A stretch of DNA of 64,000 nt, taken from assembly GCA_040954595.2 (NCBI GenBank), contig CM082581.2:13651921-13715920 (forward strand), given 5' to 3'. Shown one piece after another: positions 1-11,400 of the stretch (positions within the stretch are counted from its first letter, which is position 1; each line of letters starts with the position of its first letter). The stretch is from Balanoglossus misakiensis. Taxonomy: Eukaryota > Animalia > Hemichordata. Below the pieces are notes generated by a model that worked only from the letters and a program-made list of their open reading frames with translations, had not been told where the DNA came from and did not search any database. The position numbers and the translations under genes are program-made.

Positions 1-39
1 GGCCCTGCTTAAAGTGAAAGGTCAATTGAGGTCACTCAC

Positions 40-154
40 CCGAGGTTGACAGTGATACAGGAGTAACTTCCATGGCTGCAGAAGCATCAGCTCCAATTGA
101 TACTCTTAATCTCTCTGGAGAACTCATCGAAGTTTCTTTGGGCTTTCTAGATTT
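40..154 (-). CDS. REC8: REC8 coding exon 13 (KSRKPKETSMSSPERLRVS...)
   Basis: GCCAG/GTGAGT; phase-consistent; gene continues beyond position 1. Confidence 0.75.
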
Positions 155-3100
155 CTGGCAGCAGGAATAACAAAGGAAAGATCAGTTTACTTGTTTTTTT
201 ACAAAAACACTCATTCTTGAAAATTTGGACATACGAGATTTGATGAAGCTACTATTTGAAGTGCATCAATTTTATCAATCTCTATCCGATCATTATCAAT
301 ACAAGTTTCAAACTTCTGCACCCTGATGAATATCCTCCTACATTAAGAAGAAATAAATAATTTTCACATCTGCAAGCGGCAGAATAAGTCCAATATATGT
401 GATTCACCTCAACTGTGTCTTCCAATTCACTTTCTGTGGAGGAAACTGCCACGGCCGGTGATGACGATGTCCTTGGATGAAGATGTGCCACAGACCAGAT
501 AGCTCTCTCTTCATCAGTGGATGGTGTCTCTTCTTCCATTGTCTTGCTGTTCCGCTTCCACAAATCGATCAGAGATGGGTGTAATCCTGCCAAAAAAATC
601 AGTTTTCACTTTAAACCGATATGCCTTTCAATACCATGATTTGGTCCAAATCCAGTTTTCTATGGTATAGCATTAGTTGGACCTCTATATCAGAAAATAT
701 TATGTAATATTGGATTAAGAGCCTTCAAGATTCACAAAAATCAACATTTTATTCCAACTTGGTTATTTTCCAGAACTCCAAAAATTCTGCCATTAAAAGA
801 AATAATTTCAACTATACCAACTGTACATACCCTTTCTGCCCGGTTGTTCAAATAACTGTTTGACTGTTGGATATTTCGGAATCTTTGCATATTGCTGAAA
901 ATAATAAACAGAAATGATTTATTAATAATATCACTAATCAATGTCAATTTTTATCTTCTGACTTGCAAATTTTTTTCCCACTTTAAGTCAAGTCAGTGTT
1001 TTGCAAACAGAAAGACAAATATGTTGGAAAACTTTTATTGAACAATCAAGTAAAAACAGGCTGAGATACAAGTACAATTATTATTTGCTCAAAACCATGG
1101 CTGCATTTTCAACTTCCACGACAAATACAAAAAGGGAAAGTACTTACTATCGGTGAACACAACTCGTTGGAAGTTTTAAAGTTATTCGTTAGTTCTTCCT
1201 TTGTTAGCTGTATAGTGGTATCAGCAAAGACCAGTCTTCGAGCTTTCTTTCCCTTCCTAGTTTTGGGAGGAGATTCTACAGGTTCCTCCAGATGTGACAA
1301 TTCCAATAGGTGTAGTCTCCGCTGTAGAACAAGACAATCAGGCGGAAAATCAAAGTGATTTTTATGAAGAGGGTGAACAAAAAGACTTTGCACGCACAAT
1401 AATATAGAATAGAATTGAAAGGTTTGTGGGGGGACTACGATTCTTCTTCTGAAAATCTGTCCCCAAGGTTCGTACTATGAAACTAAGCTTCCTAAACTTT
1501 ACACAGTCAGTTACTCACTTTGACAGCAGCTGATGTTGGAGTGACCATGTCCATCTCAGTCGGTTGGTCCTCCTGCTGTGGTGATGACAAGCCAACACCT
1601 GGTGGTGTAGTGACATCAACACCTGGTGGTGTAGTGACATCAACACCAGGTGCAGAAATGTCACCAGGTGGCTCAGGAACATCTACAGGTGGCTCTTCCT
1701 TAATATCTTCCAATTTGATGTCAGTCAAATCACCGGCCCGTCTTATCCTAGCTGTTTCCTCATCATCCGATATGTCCGATACCCTTGGCTTCTTCCTGCT
1801 CTTTCGTTTCTCCTTCTCATCCTTCTTTCTCTTGGGAGGCAAGATACCAGTCATGGGAGACAGACTTGAAGACAGTACAAGATCACCAGTGATTGGGTGA
1901 ATCACCCATACATCTTCCCCTTCTTCCATAGGTGTGCTGGAATAAACAAAATAAAAATTAGTATCATAAATTCAAACGAAAATGTCAAAATCGACCAAAA
2001 TTGAACAATATCATTCACTTTTCATAGTCAAAACTCAAATATTTCTATTTTTTTTGTAGCATTTCAAACTATTGGTATTTCACAGATAAACAGCAATGGT
2101 TTGTAAAGATCTGTCTGATTGGTCAATTTCTGTCTGGAGCTATAGTGTGATATCTGTACTGTCTCTTGAAAAAGCACACTACACTCTATCTCATCACTCT
2201 GTACAAAAGCGAAAAGATGATAATTCAGAATGCAGGCGAAAATCAAACAGCGCCTGTAAGATCTTGTCTACAGTTTGCCCTACCTTCCAACTGGAAGTGT
2301 TATTTCATCGTCAGTTATCGAAGGATGAGGGGAGAGCAAAGCCGCCCTTCCAATATCACCCTCTGCCCCCATTTCATCCAATGCCATGTCTAGAGGCATA
2401 AGGTCCGTCTCGCCAGGAATCTAAATATATATGAAGACAATGGACGATGTGGTCTTACAGTGATGTATATCTGACAGGTAGTGTAGTGAATGCATGGCTT
2501 CAAAATATAGTTAAGCATCAGTTGTGTCCCTAAGAAGTTTATTGGTACTGGTATTTATAATGCACCAATAAGTAAGACTTAACAAAGGGCCACTGATTGT
2601 TTGTTCATTTCAACTGATACAAATCTGAAAAAAGCAACTGAGAAGCGGATGACTGACACAACTGAGATGTCCTCAACTGTGCCATTGCACATATGGTTTA
2701 AGTGTTGAATACCTACCAAGGCATGTACATCTATTTCAGGAGTGATGGTTTCTTGAAGTCTGATATCCGATGGTCTTGAGACAGTGTAAGGACTTCCAAG
2801 AGCTGGAATCAACAAATTGAAACTGGGCTTACACACACACAAAATGTCCCAGAGAAATATATTGAAGTTAGACTAGCTAGTATATATCAGACAGTTCTAT
2901 AACTTCCAACATTTTTTTATCAGATTTATTTTCTTTTTGAAGACAGCTTACCCGCTAACATCTGCTGTTCTGGAGATTCACTGGATGAAATGGTCGAGGA
3001 TGATACAGTCGCTTGTGGTGGACTCATCAATAATGTATCCTGTGATAGAAGTTTATAAGGCCTCAGTTGGATACGCATACAATTTGTGTTGATGTCATTA

Positions 3101-4695
3101 GATTAGATTTCAATTATGATGTGTCCCAGCCTGATATCTGTGACAGAACTAGGGTCGTTCTTCATGTTGGTATAACAATTACTATATCTCTAAATCATCA
3201 TGATTTCAGTTGTGAAATCATTGTGAACAACAACCATCACTTCCTCTCCCCCCTCCTCCAAAAAAGAAGTACAAAATTGTTGTGATTCCAAATTGTATGA
3301 ATAAAATTCTCAGAACATAGGTACTTCACAAATATGCAAAATCACTAGTATTAAAAAACCTTCTTTTTAGGGAACAACATGATGGAAAAAATGTCACTTA
3401 CAACATCTGGTAAGAAGAATGGATCCGGATCCAAGACCATTGTGTCGCAACGCACAATGGCACCAAAGCTTGGGTCTAGATCCAAGTATTGTGAAACCAA
3501 TGGATCAGGCATAGTAGAGAACCCCACTGATCTGTAATGGTATTGAACATTGTGACAAAAAAAGCTACTGAAATGCATAAAAAACTATACTGATTGTTAT
3601 TTTATCAGATGTAATTGAAAAATTAACAATTCTACTCTCCTTCTTGGCAGCAAATGAAATGATAATCTAGACGAAAACCTCTTCACATCAGTTGCCAAGA
3701 ATGTGTGAAAGACTGATACCAGAATAAGAAAGTGTCTCTGATATAGCGCGTGTGTTAGAAAAATCATGATGAAAGTAATCTTAACATAACACAACTTACT
3801 TTTTAGCTCTAGGATGTAAATCTATATGTGTGGTTTCAGCTGGTACCAAGTTTTTGGATTTAAAAAATTTCCCATATAGCCTGCCAGCTTCTTCTGTATA
3901 TACAGAAAAAATATGCATTAGTATCCACAAAGCAAGACAACACATCGTGAACTATTGGCTTGGAAGAAAGAACTTGCAAGTTGTTATGTCAAGAGTGATT
4001 AAAATCTTACCACTTACTATTTTGAGATCATTCCCACCAGTAGTACATAAACACAAACAGATATTAATATCACAAACAAAAAGCTGACAAGTAATTCTCA
4101 CCTGCAAGGTAACTGTATTGCTTCTCATGAACACGTACAACTCCATACATCAACTGTGCTGATAAATACAGAGAGTACCTGGGTTTCCCACCATGAGGTT
4201 TGGTTGGTTGACCTTTCAACAGTATGACTTTGATGATGTCATCGCTAGGGAAGGAAATGCAAATGATGCATATGGTAATTTACCAAAGGATAAAACAGTT
4301 ATACAATAAATTATTGAATCTATAAATGTGATTTGTATTGAATTTGCATAGACATGTGATGTGGAAGCAGAGATTAAACATAGCAACACAAGAGCGAAGG
4401 GACAACTCCATGCTCTGAACGTATAAACCAAAATTAACCAGAAAATCTCCATTAACCACTACCTACCATGTTCTTCTTACATTGACACGGGTGTAATCTT
4501 TTTTGTTCAGTCTTCCTGCCTTGGTTGCTGCCAGCCTATGTGTTCAATATTGACAAATATTAGTCCAGCTATATGTGACGCTGATCTACACTACTTTAAA
4601 TGAAAATGATAATATCAAGAAGTATACAGGGACATCACGTACCACACAGTTCCAAACTTCCCTCTCCGCTCCAAAATCTCGTAAGAGTAGAACAT
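40..4695 (-). CDS. REC8: Meiotic cohesin kleisin subunit REC8 (Rad21/Rec8 family), 3'-truncated by window edge; 13 coding exons
   Basis: Exons 4695-4643, 4535-4467, 4244-4102, 3893-3800, 3531-3402, 3039-2952, 2802-2717, 2420-2284, 1936-1519, 1321-1148, 894-831, 586-408, 154-40. All are GT-AG and phase-consistent (1750 nt). The N-terminus MFYSYEILERRGKFGTVWLAAT...KPRYSLYLSAQLMYGVVRV is the Rad21/Rec8 N-terminal domain, and SLYLSAQL is REC8-like rather than RAD21-like (ALRTSGHL). Central RRLVFADTTIQL...KQLFEQP resembles the STAG-binding region. Confidence 0.9.
408..586 (-). CDS. REC8: REC8 coding exon 12 (LHPSLIDLWKRN...EDTVE)
   Basis: Polypyrimidine-GGCAG acceptor, GTGAAT donor; L..LW motif. 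Confidence 0.82.
625..686. mobile_element. Degenerate inverted copy of the same MITE family in a REC8 intron
   Basis: ACCATGATTTGGTCCAAATCCAGTTTTCTATGG...GTTGGACCTCT matches the reverse complement of the interior of copies 1 and 2. Confidence 0.7.
831..894 (-). CDS. REC8: REC8 coding exon 11 (QYAKIPKYPTVKQLFEQPGRK)
   Basis: TTTCAG/GTATGT; LF..P kleisin motif. Confidence 0.82.
1148..1321 (-). CDS. REC8: REC8 coding exon 10 (RRLVFADTTIQL)
   Basis: CTACAG/GTAAGT; motif analogous to RAD21 KRKLIVD. Confidence 0.87.
1519..1936 (-). CDS. REC8: REC8 coding exon 9 (large disordered exon with NLS-like KRKK and PGVDVTTP repeats)
   Basis: TTCCAG acceptor, GTGAGT donor; matches ORF 1507..1929. Confidence 0.85.
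1593..1652. repeat. 24-bp coding tandem repeat (2.5 copies) encoding PGVDVTTP in REC8
   Basis: CAACACCTGGTGGTGTAGTGACAT twice, plus partial CAACACCAGGTG. Confidence 0.9.
2284..2420 (-). CDS. REC8: REC8 coding exon 8
   Basis: TTTAG/GTAGG; open, acidic, phase-consistent. Confidence 0.75.
2717..2802 (-). CDS. REC8: REC8 coding exon 7
   Basis: CCAG/GTAGGT; SPYTVSRPSDIRLQE resembles the kleisin 'ITL.E' motif. Confidence 0.8.
2952..3039 (-). CDS. REC8: REC8 coding exon 6
   Basis: CACAG/GTAAG; Ser-rich, phase-consistent. Confidence 0.75.
3402..3531 (-). CDS. REC8: REC8 coding exon 5
   Basis: TTACAG/GTAAGT; SVGFSTMPDP...DPSFG...PDV. Confidence 0.82.
3800..3893 (-). CDS. REC8: REC8 coding exon 4
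   Basis: TACAG acceptor, GTAAGT donor, open in frame (EAGRLYGKFF...HIDLHPRAK). Confidence 0.85.
4102..4244 (-). CDS. REC8: REC8 coding exon 3 (DDIIKVIL...PRYSLYLSAQLMYGVVRVHEKQYSYLA)
   Basis: Most conserved N-terminal kleisin helix; donor GTGAG. Confidence 0.92.
4467..4535 (-). CDS. REC8: REC8 coding exon 2 (LAATKAGRLNKKDYTRVNVRRT-C)
   Basis: AG/GTAGGT junctions; completes the WLAAT motif. Confidence 0.9.
4643..4695 (-). CDS. REC8: REC8 coding exon 1 (MFYSYEILERRGKFGTV-W)
   Basis: ATG at 4695-4693, donor GTACGT; kleisin MFY...W start motif. Confidence 0.9.
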
Positions 4696-5129
4696 GGTGC
4701 CCGGCGTTCAATCCCTTTTCCTTCGTGAGAGAAAGATTCCGGTCGCATGGGCCTTTAAACCTGTCGGAAATAAAGCATGAAAAACGAAAAATGAATATGT
4801 TGCATGTATTTTATATAATATATAAACATTTCCGAGTGGTTTGCTTAATCTCAGAAAACAAAAACAATCAACGCACTTACGAAGTTACGTGCCGATCGCG
4901 ATCGTCTATACGCGAATACGAGACCCACAAAACTCAATTGTTTCTCCGAAATATTAATTGGCGTGCACCATATTTCACATATGTTTTTTCTTGCTCTACG
5001 AAGAAAAAAAGACCCAAGCGATTGTCGTTTACTTACCTTACAGATGACTGAATGTCACGGACTGTGCAAAGTGACGAGACGCAAAGCAGTCTTTTTAAGA
5101 CAATTATGCAAATATTGCCGTCCCAACGT

Positions 5130-5330
5130 AACTTTCATCCAATCACAATTCTCCATGTAGACTCCCTATGTACATGATGTACAGAGGCCAATCAAATATA
5201 TGGTATCAAACACGCAAATATATCAATAGCGGGAAAATATTCCCGCCAAATCTTGACCGGTCGCGCGTCGTTTCCTCTCGCACGCGTACGCACCGGGCGC
5301 GGAGACGCGCGCGCCCGCGTCAAAGACGTA
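5130..5330 (-). promoter_or_regulatory. Probable REC8 promoter: CpG-rich patch with paired E2F-type sites and CCAAT boxes
   Basis: GCGGGAAAATATTCCCGCCAAA at 5229-5250; CCAAT near 5139 and 5188; CpG-dense 5256-5330; upstream of candidate 5'UTR donors (GTAAGT at about 5036 and 4880) and acceptor at about 4761. Confidence 0.6.
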
Positions 5331-7520
5331 GTTTTCCTTCATAGCAACGATTTTACGTTTGTAGCCTTGGTGGTGGGCTGGTTGATCGCTGTCCAATTAT
5401 TTTTCACCACTTATGCACATAGGAAATTATACAGCTCCATCAAGACACACACACATACACAATACATATGAATAAACAAAATTGTTTGCATTTTTCACTG
5501 CACTACTGATGAAACAGTGCCATGTTTATTTGTTGTATGGTATCTATGCAGATATACATTTACATTTATCTAAATTAATTTGATTATCTCTTGAACAGTT
5601 CACCAAATATCTTGAACAAGTTAACAAAGTATTTTGAAGCTTAGCATCTCCAGTACTATGAACTCTTTCTTCGGCATTTTCAAAGAAATTACAGTGATCG
5701 ATGCTTTCTTTGTTTGTGTCCTGGTGCACATAAGTTTTGAGAGGATTTTTGCAGGGGAAAAATCACTTTTCTTACGGAAATTCTGAACGAACACAAAACA
5801 AAGAATTTACTATATATGCAAGTTCTTCGCTTAAATCTGTTTCAAAATCAGTGTCAGCATGTACAAGACTATGTTCTGATAAAATATTGAACTCCACATA
5901 TGAAAAGAAGCCAGTACTGGTAAGGTCTACAAGGGTCAAAGGTCATATGCCTCCACATCATCACCTATTCATATTTATGAGCTAAAGTCAAATTCAACAA
6001 TATCTACAATTCAAGACAATCTACCAATCAATCAGATACAAACTTTATATGATCCAAGAGAAAATAGAATAGCAATTTCAGTAGTATTACACTATACATC
6101 ATACTAACAAATTTTGTTCTCTCTTCAAGATATCTGATAGCTTTGTTCATTTTATCGTAATCCAAGTAGCAGTGAAATACACGGTAGACAACAGCTTACA
6201 GAGCTGGGCTACTTGGTAGACCTTTAGTATATCCGAGTTGAATCTACAAAACATCATGTATGTCAAATACTATCTAGAAAAAATAGGATATTACTTTACT
6301 AATTTACTAAGAAATTCCTTGTCATATTTTTATGTTGTGAGTGTATGAATATAGGAGTTGATATAGGCATGTTACACATGCTAAATACTTCTATCTTAGA
6401 TTTTCAAAAATTTTGATCTAGAATCTGATGTTTTTGTTACGAGGCTTTATTATGCAATGCAAGGTGAACCAAGTATTCTTTTGCCTGCAGAATAGAATTA
6501 TTTGGTGAAGGTGATTTTTTTTCCTCTTAGTTGCATGCTTTGTGATGAAGTTAATCTCGATATGCTTGATTTAGCACATGCTTAGCCTATAGAGAAAAAT
6601 TCTAAGTTGCAATTTGAATTCATTATGTCACAGATGCAGAATTTTCTGGCAATGTGATTTGACACTGGCAGTGCACAAACAAGGTGATTGAGTGTCTTGA
6701 GAAAACTTTGTTCTTCCTTGAAACATTTCCTAAAAGACAGTTCCTGGCTTTTGTACCCTGACTATGTGTCTGCTGTGCATGCTGTTTGCATGAAGCATGC
6801 ACAAACAAAATGGCTGCAACAATGCTGTGTTTAAAGGTGGAGGTTTATAGCTTTGCACTGGTAGCAATGTATAAACTTTAGCATTGTGAAAATGAATTTC
6901 TAAACCTCTTAGTGTAATATCCAGGGACTTGTGAAATACACACTGCTAGTGGTCGGTACAAATATCACATAAAGAACATTCTATAAACCGTGTAAACATT
7001 TTAAGGCATACATAATCACCTGTCAAACTATTTGAGGTATATCTTTGCATGCATATAAACACATATAACAATTTTATGATATTGCACAGGAAGAAATCAC
7101 TAGACAGACACAACAACACTACCTATGTCTATACAAGCATCAGCCATAGAGGGTTGCAGGCATGCAATGACATACTTGCAACCCTCTATGACATATACAC
7201 CATCACTATACATACTCCTTATACAGGGGAAACCAGCTCAGCTCAACATTGCACCAGCAATGGTGTTTAAAAGCTGGCTTTACTTTGTTGTGATGATCAG
7301 TGACTGCACGCCATGACAAGACACCAATTAAGCCACAGCAAAGCAAAACAAAAATGTCATTGTAGCTCATGGATCAAGATGATTCAGTGCATAAAGGTCT
7401 AAAATAAGTATACCTCAAGCTCCAGTAGAGAATAAAAGATGCAAAATTTACACAAAATGTCAAATGTAAAATAAACTTGTGTAGTATTAGAAAAATTCAT
7501 TGCAAAGCAACTGAGAAAAA

Positions 7521-7526
7521 TTTATT
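7521..7526 (-). terminator. Candidate polyadenylation signal for FBXW4 (AATAAA on minus strand)
   Basis: First plus-strand TTTATT seen downstream of the stop codon; alternatives near 6445 and 5525. Confidence 0.35.
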
Positions 7527-8325
7527 AGAATATGTAAATATACAAACAATCTGTTTGAGCATATTATTCTCTGTGAAAGGTGCAACATACACCGTTTTTT
7601 GTCTTGGAATAGAGAGAGTACAGTCTGTACAGATATATGCATATGAGAAGGAAAATGATATTCTATATGTCGTTGATCAAAAAAATATATTGTAAATGCA
7701 AGATAAAACATGTTTCAAAAATAACATTCTTGCATGATTGAAGCTATAATTTAAATATATTGGTATATGCGGAAAAACCAGGTAGGGTAAATTTGGGATG
7801 TACTTAATTGTAAATGTGGTTGCGAGGTATTCTAGTGTTGGAATAATTTCAACCCAATCATCCCCATTGGCATAAATAATGGTCCTGTCCTTCTAGTTGC
7901 ATGAGTTGGTTGAACCAAAATTTGGCCATGGAGGGCTTAGACAGAGTTGATGTTTAAACAAGTATGGCAGAGACAGAAAACTGCGAACAGCAACGGTGTT
8001 CAATTCTAATGGCATGTATTAACCTGCATGTAACTGCAAATTTAGAGAACGTACAACGAAAAGTGATCAGATGAACACAATATAGAGTGCAGAGTTTAGT
8101 TTACAGAATTCCATCTGGTACTGCTCTAATATTTTTGATGACTCATAACTGGTGTTATATAAATATGTTTTAGCGTCAGAATAAGCACAAGGTGTATGGT
8201 TTATGTCTTTGTTCAAAATTGTTGTTCTTGTCACATTGATGATCTGACGTGTCTCTGTCAGAGTGTGGGTAGTGTGGGTGAAAACTGAAATGACTACTCC
8301 TTCTCAAGAGTGTGTGATGAACTTT

Positions 8326-8442
8326 TCAACGACTTCGGAAATCCAGAGTACGAAGGCAGTTTGCCAATGCAACGTACATCTGAGTGGAGTTGAATTTCAG
8401 ACTGTACACTGGACTGCTGATATGGGAACCTGCGTAGAAAGT
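8326..8442 (-). CDS. FBXW4: FBXW4 terminal exon 8 (TFYAGSHISSPVYSLKFNSTQMYVALANCLRTLDFRSR*)
   Basis: CAACAG acceptor; SSPVY and LDF C-terminal motifs; TGA at 8328-8326. Confidence 0.92.
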   Translation of the reverse strand, partial: TFYAGSHISSPVYSLKFNSTQMYVALANCLRTLDFRSR

Positions 8443-11400
8443 CTGTTGAGAAAAGGTGCATGAGGATATGAGTGCTGTGTATTGGATGCGGAAACAAATA
8501 CATTGTGGTGGGGCAAAAATCTGTCAAGCTATCCTACGAGAACTTGCAGAGAGGTTCACAGCTTTTAATAGGAATGTCACCCTCTATAGGCAATATTGTA
8601 GTTCTTCTCTTGTTTTGCACCATAAGTTAATCATGTTGTCCTGTTGGCTACAACATGGTCACACGGCAGATTGCTGCAGACAAACTGCCTGCAGTGTGTA
8701 TGCACAACCAATCCATATTTGGTTTCATTAAGGGTTGACCAAGCTGCCTACCTCTATCGGTGAAATGTGTTTGCATTTCTGCATATTATAAGTTATGAAA
8801 CATAACTAGCAATAAACTAGCTGCATTGGGGACCTCACAACACAACAATTGTCATGCAACTGACCTGTGAGCACTTAGAGTGGGACACTCCCATTCATAG
8901 TCTACATGCAGACAGACAACACGGTCTCAATATAAACTGTGCTTATTTAAACTTTGCTATTCATTGAGACAATAAAAGAATTGTGATAATACAGGAATGT
9001 ATGTTTTATCACATATGAGCATGTCTACATTTAAACATGATCTTTATCATACGGAAATATTCAAAATACGTACCAAACTGCAGGTACTGTACATTATTTT
9101 ATTGATTTTATATACAAGCAGGGCACTTTGTCAAGGACAACTGTATCTCTGTTGTTGACTCTAAGCTTTGATTTCCTGTCATCAATCTATTCCAAGACAA
9201 CTGAAAATATCTCAAATATTCTATATAATATACTTATACTGGCTGCTGGTTGGTTGCTGTAAAGAGATGAACATACAAAGAATCCTGAACTGACCTGCAT
9301 ACATTTAGTCATCCTCTTATCCCACAGTCTAACAACTCCGTAACGTGAGGACCCAGATGCTATCAGATTTTTGCCGTCTGTTTGTATACAGTAGATTGCA
9401 GAGTCATCAGGCTCCTCAAATTGTAAAACAGAGGAGCTGAAAAGACAAAAAAAGAAGAGAGGTTTTGTAAGTCATCAGCTTCAAATTAAGGTAGAATGCT
9501 CCTCGAAATTTAAAGTCTTAAACTGTCTCTCGTAAGTCAACTTTAGAGTATTCTCTCTTCAAAACCTGGACACCTGGAGTATGTTTTGCAGCCTGTTCCA
9601 GCAAGGTTGACTTACTTGTGGTTATGTCTGACGTCCCACACTCTGATGTAAGTGTCGTAACCACATGACAGCAGACAGTGTGGTGTTTCAAAGTGAACAT
9701 CCAGAATGCCTGCTCCCTTGAGGTAGGTCCTCCCCACAACCTGGCGAAGTTTACCTCTACAAGAAAAAGTATTAAAAAAACACATGCAATTTACTGAGTT
9801 TGCCAAAAAGGTCAACTTAGAAGAAAAAAAGGGCAACAATGATTTCAATGTTCTCTGTAACAACGCTGGACAAAAGATACATAGCCACTATTCCAACAAG
9901 ACCTGATCTTGTATCACAGGCAAGACTTGTATCAATATCATCCGGCCATACTTTCACATGTCTTAGCATGTACTTATAGGTACACTACTGTTAAACAATG
10001 ACAGCTCATACCATGAGAACATACTTACATTTCAACAACTGTAATATGAACAACTGCTTTGATTTGACAAATTCAGGACTAAAATACTTACGTCTGGGTG
10101 TCCCATAACCTGAGTGGTGATATCTGAAAATAGCTGGCTGAACCACTGACAAAGGTACTGTGGAAAAAAATAGTTTTTTAATGTTAAACATTATTGACGC
10201 CTGCTCTCACAATAACACATGAATTTACCTTTCTGAGACATATTTGTGCAGAGCATACTTGATGACCTGTGCCTAACCTCTTACCTTTCCCAAGGGTTAA
10301 ACTTGACTGCCCACACACGGTCCTGTGCATGGACTGTGTAATGACACACTCCGCTATCTTTGGACCAAAGTTTTATGGTCTGGTCTCTCGATCCTGATAC
10401 AATCAAATCCTGCTTCAGGTCCACACAGTTCACATCACCCGTATGTCCCTGATAGACTTGTCGTATTCTGCCTGTGCGTACATGCCATGATATCACCGCA
10501 CCATCCCTGGAAGAACAAGTATTCATACATTCAAACATCAAAACAAAACAAAACACAGGAATTGACAAAATCAAACTGGGGACAATCAATTGTTTATGAT
10601 TTCCTTGTTTTACTGATTTTTTTCCAATGTGTGTGAACAACTATGTTACTTGAAAGGGTGCAATTGAAAAGAAAACACATTATCCACTCTGTGATGTAGA
10701 GAGACATATAAGAGAACAGATGAGGTGATACAACACAACATGTTCAAATTCCAACCTCATCCCCATCCCAAAAACCTAATCCACTTGAAAACATCTGTGT
10801 TATTGACGAAAGCTATTTTGACAAATTCACCTACACTTGAGAGTAGGTTGTTTATTTCCTCTGGTACCAACTGCATTCAAACAGAAGGACTCTTGCTGAA
10901 CCTCCACACACAGACCAATACGGTCTTATTTGTAAGAAATATAATTGAATATAATGCAAAGTTCCGGTCCATTTATTTGAGAAAAAAAATATTCTGAATA
11001 GAAAAGCATGATGATAGGTGTTGTGGAGTAAATAGCCTTTGTACCCACCAAATTGAATGGTCCAACCTGATCAAGATGCTATCTTTTATTTGCCTGTTTA
11101 GAAAACAATATACAAAGCCTAGAAATGATTGTGAGTCGATGATGTCTTAAGAATTCAGAGTTTGACATTTGACATGGCCCTAATGGCTGATAATGACGGT
11201 TATTTTCACCCAAGGATGTTTTTTGTGTGTTCCTGCATGCCATACCCTATCCTGCACAACTCGCTGACTTTTTTTTCTTTCATACAATGAGGAGTAGAGC
11301 TGGAGACTTCAAAAAGGCGGTGATAATGGACCCGAGACCGAGATAACTGCATGAATGCGTCACTGCAATGCGGGGCTGGAGCATTGACAGTGACATGACG

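Noticed and set aside
19-34. Perfect DR4 AGGTCA-attg-AGGTCA
   Set aside because: It abuts a REC8 splice donor deep in the gene body with no supporting context; likely chance.
1520-1900. Plus-strand 126-aa ORF with TPGGVVTS repeats
   Set aside because: It is the antisense shadow of REC8 exon 9 and its tandem repeat.
2064-2200. Possible extra REC8 exon (ORF 2064..2246)
   Set aside because: Exons 8 and 9 already join in phase; there is no good donor and the frame ends in a stop.
6190-6245. Candidate FBXW4 last exon (TTTGTAG acceptor, ...SSPAL*)
   Set aside because: The 8442-8326 exon carries the conserved SSPVY...LDF terminus and is the better match.
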